From assembly GCA_016839705.1 (NCBI GenBank), contig JAEOTR010000016.1, forward strand, positions 32,001 through 96,000: 64,000 bases of DNA, in the 5' to 3' direction. Below, one piece after another: positions 58,850-64,000 of the stretch (position 1 is the stretch's first letter; each line of letters begins with the position of its first letter). Source of the DNA: Promethearchaeota archaeon (lineage in GTDB: Archaea > Asgardarchaeota > Lokiarchaeia > Sigyniarchaeales > SOKP01). Under the pieces are notes generated by a model. That model had not been told where the DNA came from and made no database searches. It saw only the letters and a list, made by a program, of their open reading frames with translations. The position numbers and the translations under genes were made by a program.

Positions 58850-60625
58850 TTATTTTCCCTTAGTTTTAACCAATTTAGTCATGTTTCTAATTAGTGGGAT
58901 ATAGTTTTTAGGAAGAATTTTTTCAAACATTTGTACTAGTAAATCTTCGTCGATTTCAAGGGTACCATTCTTTTTAATCTCTTGTTCTATTTGTAAACTA
59001 GTTTTTTTTTGGAACTGAGAGGGAACATATCCCACAATAAGAGAATACATGCTCTTTCCTTTTTTATTCCATACTATTTCAGTATCCCCAATCTTATCCT
59101 TCATTCCTGAGCGATTTTCAATTAAATCTAAATGATCTTTTGTAATTTCACCATCATAAGGAATTCCAAGGCGCTCGAATTGCTCAACTGGAGAATCATT
59201 TTCCTTCATTTCTTGGGCCAATGCCTTGATCATCCTTTTCTCGATTTCAACATTAATTAGTGGATTTTCTTGGTGTGGATCATCTTGAAGATCAAAAAGT
59301 AAACTGCCAAAAATGTAAGGATTTAGATATCTAAGTCTTGTTTCCGTTCTCATGGGTTTAATTCCCTTCGTAAAACTAAAGGGATCTGCTAATTCGATTG
59401 TTTTCAACTCATTTATTGAAAAAAATCCACGCATATGGGTGGGTAAAAGCGTATAATCATAAAGTGGTTTATTTAAAAGATTTGTAGGCCCTCTCATGTA
59501 AACGTATCGTCCATCTGTAATGTTTACATGAGCTCCATGGGTCCCAAATAATGCAAATTCCCGTATTTTTGCATCTGAAGCAATAGTTTCTTTTAAAACT
59601 TTACCCTGCATACTTTTTGTGCGTTTTATCTCAAAAAACTCAAGAATTGTAGGTACAATATCCGTAGTTTGTACAAGAGCTTCTCTTCTTTCATTTTTCT
59701 TACCTGATCTTGGATCCCATATAAATAAAGGTATTTGAGCGATTTCATTATATATAGGTTGCACTCCTTTCGCCCACCAATCTTTTTCCCCCAAGAGAAA
59801 ACCGTGATCCGTAGTAACAATTAGCATTGTATCTTTCCACATATCTCTTTCATCCATAAGGTCAAGAATCTTGCCAAGATAAGTATCACACATACTGATA
59901 GAAGCAGCATATTCTTTTCTAACATGTTGTACTTGCTCTTCAGTTTCAGTTACTATCCCATAATTTGGCCAATCGAAATGTGGACCGTTATATTCATGTT
60001 TATAGATATTTTTATATTTCTGTTGTGTAAAGAAAGGTTCATGGGGATCGAATGTTTCGATATGTAGAAACCAATTATTCTCCAGATAGTTTTTTTCAAT
60101 GAACTCCATGGCAAGTTTAAAAGTTACTGCCTGAGGCTGATCTTCCTCTCTTTGCATATATTTTCGATTTACCCAATCTTGACGCCAATGAGGCCAATTC
60201 TCTCGCATATTAGGGACGGTTTCAGGGATGTCAGGGTCTTTTACTTCTCCTTTCCAAGGATCACCTTCATGTCCTCGAATAATTTCCCATGAATTGTATC
60301 TATTATGGTACGTAGCACCTCCATCTTCCCAATAATGATAATGATCGCTTACAAGATGGGAGTATACATTATTTTTCTTTAATATTTCTGGCATTGAATC
60401 ATCAAACGGTTCTAATGGTCCCCAACTTCTATGTAAAAAGTTATGTCTTCCTGTATGAAGTTCTCTTCTAGCAGGGATACACATTAAACTCCCAGAATAA
60501 CAATTGTCAAAAATTACCGTTTTTTCTGCTAGTCTTTTAAAATTTGGTGTATGTACCCAATTATTCCCATAGGGAAGTAAAAAATGTTTATTTAGAGTAT
60601 CAAAAAGAATAAAGATTATTTTCAT
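58850..60625 (-). CDS. Cys-type formylglycine sulfatase
   Basis: DTL, CIPAR (CxPxR), LHTGR, DPHEP, TDHG; adjacent to its maturase. Confidence 0.93.
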   Translation of the reverse strand: MKIIFILFDTLNKHFLLPYGNNWVHTPNFKRLAEKTVIFDNCYSGSLMCIPARRELHTGRHNFLHRSWGPLEPFDDSMPEILKKNNVYSHLVSDHYHYWEDGGATYHNRYNSWEIIRGHEGDPWKGEVKDPDIPETVPNMRENWPHWRQDWVNRKYMQREEDQPQAVTFKLAMEFIEKNYLENNWFLHIETFDPHEPFFTQQKYKNIYKHEYNGPHFDWPNYGIVTETEEQVQHVRKEYAASISMCDTYLGKILDLMDERDMWKDTMLIVTTDHGFLLGEKDWWAKGVQPIYNEIAQIPLFIWDPRSGKKNERREALVQTTDIVPTILEFFEIKRTKSMQGKVLKETIASDAKIREFALFGTHGAHVNITDGRYVYMRGPTNLLNKPLYDYTLLPTHMRGFFSINELKTIELADPFSFTKGIKPMRTETRLRYLNPYIFGSLLFDLQDDPHQENPLINVEIEKRMIKALAQEMKENDSPVEQFERLGIPYDGEITKDHLDLIENRSGMKDKIGDTEIVWNKKGKSMYSLIVGYVPSQFQKKTSLQIEQEIKKNGTLEIDEDLLVQMFEKILPKNYIPLIRNMTKLVKTKGK

Positions 60626-60877
60626 ATTATTCTCCTAATAAAATTTGTAATCTAAATTGTTTAATTTATTTTAGTCTAATTGTTTACCATATATATAATT
60701 TGAATTAATGAAAATTTTTTCAATTTCCCTTTTCATGGTATTTCATAAAAATTTGTAAAATATTATCAATTAAAGATTGAATATTTTTTGATTTTTGAAA
60801 ATTTAGAAGTTTGACTCAAATTTTACTAATTATGTAGGATGACAAATTTCATTAATTAAATTAATTTATAGTTCTCA

Positions 60878-62545
60878 ATGTCAGCAAACCAAGATGAATT
60901 TAATTCAAGAAAGATTTATGAAAGAGCCTTGTATTATGGATGTGGTTATTCTTCTGATGACCTAAAGAAGCCTAAAATCGCTATAGTTAATTCATGGAAC
61001 GAAATTAACCCCGGGCATATCCACTTACGGAAGTTAGCTGAATTTGTTAAGCAAGGTGTTAAAGAGGCCGGTGGTACGCCTATGGAATTTAATACAATTG
61101 CTTCTTGCGATGGGATTGCGAATTCTGGGGATAATTCAAGATATATTCTACCTACTCGTGAGATCATCGCTGCATCTGTTGAATGCACTATTAAAGCGTA
61201 TAATTTTGATGGGATGGTAATGATTTGTACCTGTGATAAAATTATTCCTGGAATGCTATTAGCAGCAGCTAGATGCGATATTCCAACAATTTTTTTAACT
61301 GGGGGAATAATGCTTCCTAAAACTTTTCAAGAGGGACGACTTAAAGGAAAAACTTTTGTAACTTCTGACGTTAAAGAAGCAATGGGACAATTCAATGCAG
61401 GACTATTATCAGAAGAAGAACTTCTACTGATAGAGTCAGAAACCTGTTGTTCCCCTGGAGCATGTAATATGATGGGCACTGCAAATACCATGGCTTGTAT
61501 TGTTGAAGCGATGGGTCTTTCTTTGCCTGATTGTGCAACCTTAAGTGCTGTGAGCAAAGAACGCGAGATATTATGCATGAATACTGGCAAGAGAATAATA
61601 AACCTAGTTAACCAATCAATTAGTGCTCTTGATTTAATCACTCATGATTCTATTGAAAATGGTATAAAGATGGCTTTATCATTTGGGGGTTCTACTAACA
61701 TGATACTCCATATGTGCGCGTTATCGCATGAAATAGGTGGGAAATTGACCCATTTTGATTTTGATCGAATGAGTAAATCAGTACCGCTATTAGTAAAACT
61801 CAAACCTTCTTCGGAATATAATCTTACGGATTTTCATGAGGCTGGAAGTGTAAAAGTATTGCTGAAAAAATTATCAAAAATATTGAATTTATCAACTAGA
61901 TCTATTATGGGAGTAAGTTTGAAAGAATATCTTGATAATATTGATTTTGAAGATTACCAAATTATACGAAACTTTGAAGATCCAATTACTAGGCAGGGAG
62001 CAATTGCTGTATTAAAAGGATCTTTAGCACCAGAGGGTGCTATTGTGAAACAAAGCGCAATTAATCCCGCAATGAGATATCATAAGGGAAAAGCTAAAGT
62101 CTTTGAATGTGAAGAAGATTTAAAAGAAGCGATATTGTCAAATACTATAGATGAGGGTAATGTATTAGTTGTTCGTTATGAAGGTCCAAAAGGGTCTCCT
62201 GGAATGAGAGAGATGTCGATACCTGCTGCTATTTTAATGGGTATGGGATTAGGGGACTCTGTTGCTATAATTACAGACGGTCGTTATTCTGGTGCTACAA
62301 GAGGCCCCTTTATAGGACATGTATGTCCTGAGGCAATAGAAGGGGGTCCAATAGCAATTGTTAATGATGGTGATGTTATAGAGATAGATATTGATAACCG
62401 ACAACTGAATTTGCTTATTCCTGAACAGGAAATAAATTTAAGATTAGAAAATTGGATAAAACCAGAACCTAAAATTACAACAGGTTATTTAAATATTTAT
62501 AGGAAGGTTGTTAGTTCTGCTAAACTAGGAGCAATAGTTAAATAA
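60878..62545 (+). CDS. ilvD: IlvD/Edd family dehydratase (dihydroxy-acid or sugar-acid dehydratase)
   Basis: [45 protein letters not shown]. Confidence 0.88.
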   Translation: MSANQDEFNSRKIYERALYYGCGYSSDDLKKPKIAIVNSWNEINPGHIHLRKLAEFVKQGVKEAGGTPMEFNTIASCDGIANSGDNSRYILPTREIIAASVECTIKAYNFDGMVMICTCDKIIPGMLLAAARCDIPTIFLTGGIMLPKTFQEGRLKGKTFVTSDVKEAMGQFNAGLLSEEELLLIESETCCSPGACNMMGTANTMACIVEAMGLSLPDCATLSAVSKEREILCMNTGKRIINLVNQSISALDLITHDSIENGIKMALSFGGSTNMILHMCALSHEIGGKLTHFDFDRMSKSVPLLVKLKPSSEYNLTDFHEAGSVKVLLKKLSKILNLSTRSIMGVSLKEYLDNIDFEDYQIIRNFEDPITRQGAIAVLKGSLAPEGAIVKQSAINPAMRYHKGKAKVFECEEDLKEAILSNTIDEGNVLVVRYEGPKGSPGMREMSIPAAILMGMGLGDSVAIITDGRYSGATRGPFIGHVCPEAIEGGPIAIVNDGDVIEIDIDNRQLNLLIPEQEINLRLENWIKPEPKITTGYLNIYRKVVSSAKLGAIVK

Positions 62546-62687
62546 TTAGTATTATCCAGATTAAAATGATTAACGAAAAACACATTTATAAGAGCTTAAA
62601 AAAATTTTCTTTTCCTAGGCAATCAGGAATGGAATTTGAAAAAAAAGGTTGTAATTTAGATAACCAAAAAATACGTGTTGATTAAGA

Positions 62688-64000
62688 ATAGAGCTGAATA
62701 GAAAGGATTACGGGACAGTTCTCACACCCCCTAAAACCGCAGAATATATTGTATCGAGATTAGGACCATTCAATGAAGAACAAAAGATTTTGGATCCGTG
62801 TGTGGGTCCTGGAATCTTTGTATCTAAATTATTAGAAGCAGGAATTAATAAAAATCAAATTCATACATTTGATGTGAATGTAAATTATAAACCTGAGATG
62901 GAAAAGTTAGGAGTTTCCTTTAAAAAGCAAGATACTCTTCTAACTTTATATCCTGATTCTTATTATGAATATGATATTATTCTAGGAAATCCTCCCTACT
63001 TAAATAAATCAAGCGTATATGTTAAACAAAATAAAAATACATTAAGAAAAATTTATGGAAAGGTAAATGCTCACGAAACTTATTCAATGTTCATATTAAA
63101 TAGTATTTGGAGATTAAAGGAAGGAGGAAAATTGGGTTTTATTACAAGTGACTCATTTTTAACCCTCAGTACTCATCAAAAGCTAAGAAGATTTATTCTA
63201 AATAACTGTGAAATTAATGAAATTCTTCTTGCCCCAAAGGATTTGTTTTCTAATCAAAATGTAAGTACTAGTCCAGTTATCATTATTTTAACGAAATGCA
63301 CTGGTCGAAAGAATAAAAGGATCAGAGAAAAAAATAAAATGAAGATTATCCCTCGAGTTAATAGTGAGGATGATTATCTATCATTGGGAATTGTAAATGA
63401 AATAGAGCAAGAGAAATACAATACTTTCCCATTTAATATATTTTATAATGATGTTGAAGAAGAAGTAATAGAACTGTTTGAAAAATCCCCTAAATTAGAA
63501 GAATACTTAAAAGGATTTATTGGAATGCATACACATAATAATAGAAACTATATTGGGGCAGTTGAGGGAACAGAATTAGCTGAGATCTTTACAAAACGAA
63601 ATAGAAGCATACTAGATCCTGATCAAGAATATAGAATCGTTTCAAGAAAGGATTTAGGGAGTGATCATTGGAAACCTTATTTGAAGAGGGGAGGTGCTGA
63701 ACAATATTACCGGCCAATAATAGAAGCCTTAAACTGGAGAAAAGAATCAAAAGAAGTATATGATATTCCAAAAAACGTCCCTTTTGAAGAAGAAGGATTA
63801 GTGATTAGTGGTGTGAGTTCCAGATTAGCTGCTCGATACATGCCAAGAGGTTGTTATTGGGATTCGAATAAAGCAATTGGTTTTATAATCAAGAATAAAT
63901 CTATTTCTATTCATTATATGTTGGGGTTGCTGAACAGTTCACTATATAACTACTTCGCGAAAGGGATTATTAACAACACTAATAGTATCCAAATTTCAGG
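62688..64000 (+). CDS. N6-adenine DNA methyltransferase with TaqI/Eco57I-like target-recognition region (partial, runs off the right edge)
   Basis: Hand translation: YGTVLTPP, ILDPCVGPG, GNPPY, LKEGGKLGFITSDSFL, WKPYLKRGG, YMLGLLNS; open to 64000; start uncertain. Confidence 0.88.
   Translation, partial: MELNRKDYGTVLTPPKTAEYIVSRLGPFNEEQKILDPCVGPGIFVSKLLEAGINKNQIHTFDVNVNYKPEMEKLGVSFKKQDTLLTLYPDSYYEYDIILGNPPYLNKSSVYVKQNKNTLRKIYGKVNAHETYSMFILNSIWRLKEGGKLGFITSDSFLTLSTHQKLRRFILNNCEINEILLAPKDLFSNQNVSTSPVIIILTKCTGRKNKRIREKNKMKIIPRVNSEDDYLSLGIVNEIEQEKYNTFPFNIFYNDVEEEVIELFEKSPKLEEYLKGFIGMHTHNNRNYIGAVEGTELAEIFTKRNRSILDPDQEYRIVSRKDLGSDHWKPYLKRGGAEQYYRPIIEALNWRKESKEVYDIPKNVPFEEEGLVISGVSSRLAARYMPRGCYWDSNKAIGFIIKNKSISIHYMLGLLNSSLYNYFAKGIINNTNSIQIS

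Noticed and set aside
62661-62700. TGA upstream of the terminal MTase, and other TGA stops, as selenocysteine codons
   Set aside because: Another in-frame stop lies 6 codons upstream, there is no selenoprotein family context, and no convincing SECIS was seen
1008-63771. Many 60-106 aa ORFs in the track that overlap longer genes (e.g. 1008..1235, 4981..5205, 15073..15279, 43877..44197, 56255..56557, 61327..61641, 63589..63771)
   Set aside because: Antisense or out-of-frame shadows of well-supported genes, with no motifs
1-64000. tRNA, rRNA, CRISPR arrays, IS elements, integrases
   Set aside because: No cloverleaf-like GC-rich segments, regularly spaced repeats or transposase/recombinase motifs seen by eye. 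A tRNAscan/Infernal run would be needed to exclude small RNAs.

Overview
AT-rich, gene-dense archaeal chromosome segment. It is most consistent with an Asgard archaeon of the Lokiarchaeia type (inference from the archaeal AlaRS, ether-lipid genes, F420/H4MPT genes and eukaryote-like ubiquitin machinery). I found no rRNA, tRNA, CRISPR array or transposase. The highlight is a ~7 kb ubiquitin-like conjugation locus (16.4-23.7 kb). It contains a UBA2/UBA3-like E1, an HPN-type E2 with two insertions, a CSN5/Rpn11-like JAMM protease and a multi-pass membrane protein with a variant RING finger. It also contains three paralogous beta-grasp domains: one ending in a single exposed Gly (ASIAG*), one needing a 2-residue trim (ASTAG-KA*, the same spacing as pro-UFM1) and one membrane-anchored and apparently non-conjugatable. 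Together these suggest a membrane-directed, non-diglycine ubiquitin-like system. Other blocks are ftsZ, an amidohydrolase-arfC-cofG-cofH operon, methanopterin genes, an isoprenoid-alcohol kinase/GGR/GGGPS/DGGGPS lipid operon, a glycan/sulfatase catabolic region and two N6-adenine DNA methyltransferases. Reading beyond the ORF track revealed a 58-aa CPxCG zinc-finger gene, a frameshifted pseudogene inside the Ubl locus, a duplicated gene 3' end flanking a methyltransferase, and three genes that appear to need non-ATG/GTG/TTG starts. All family calls come from motif recognition by eye, not from database searches.
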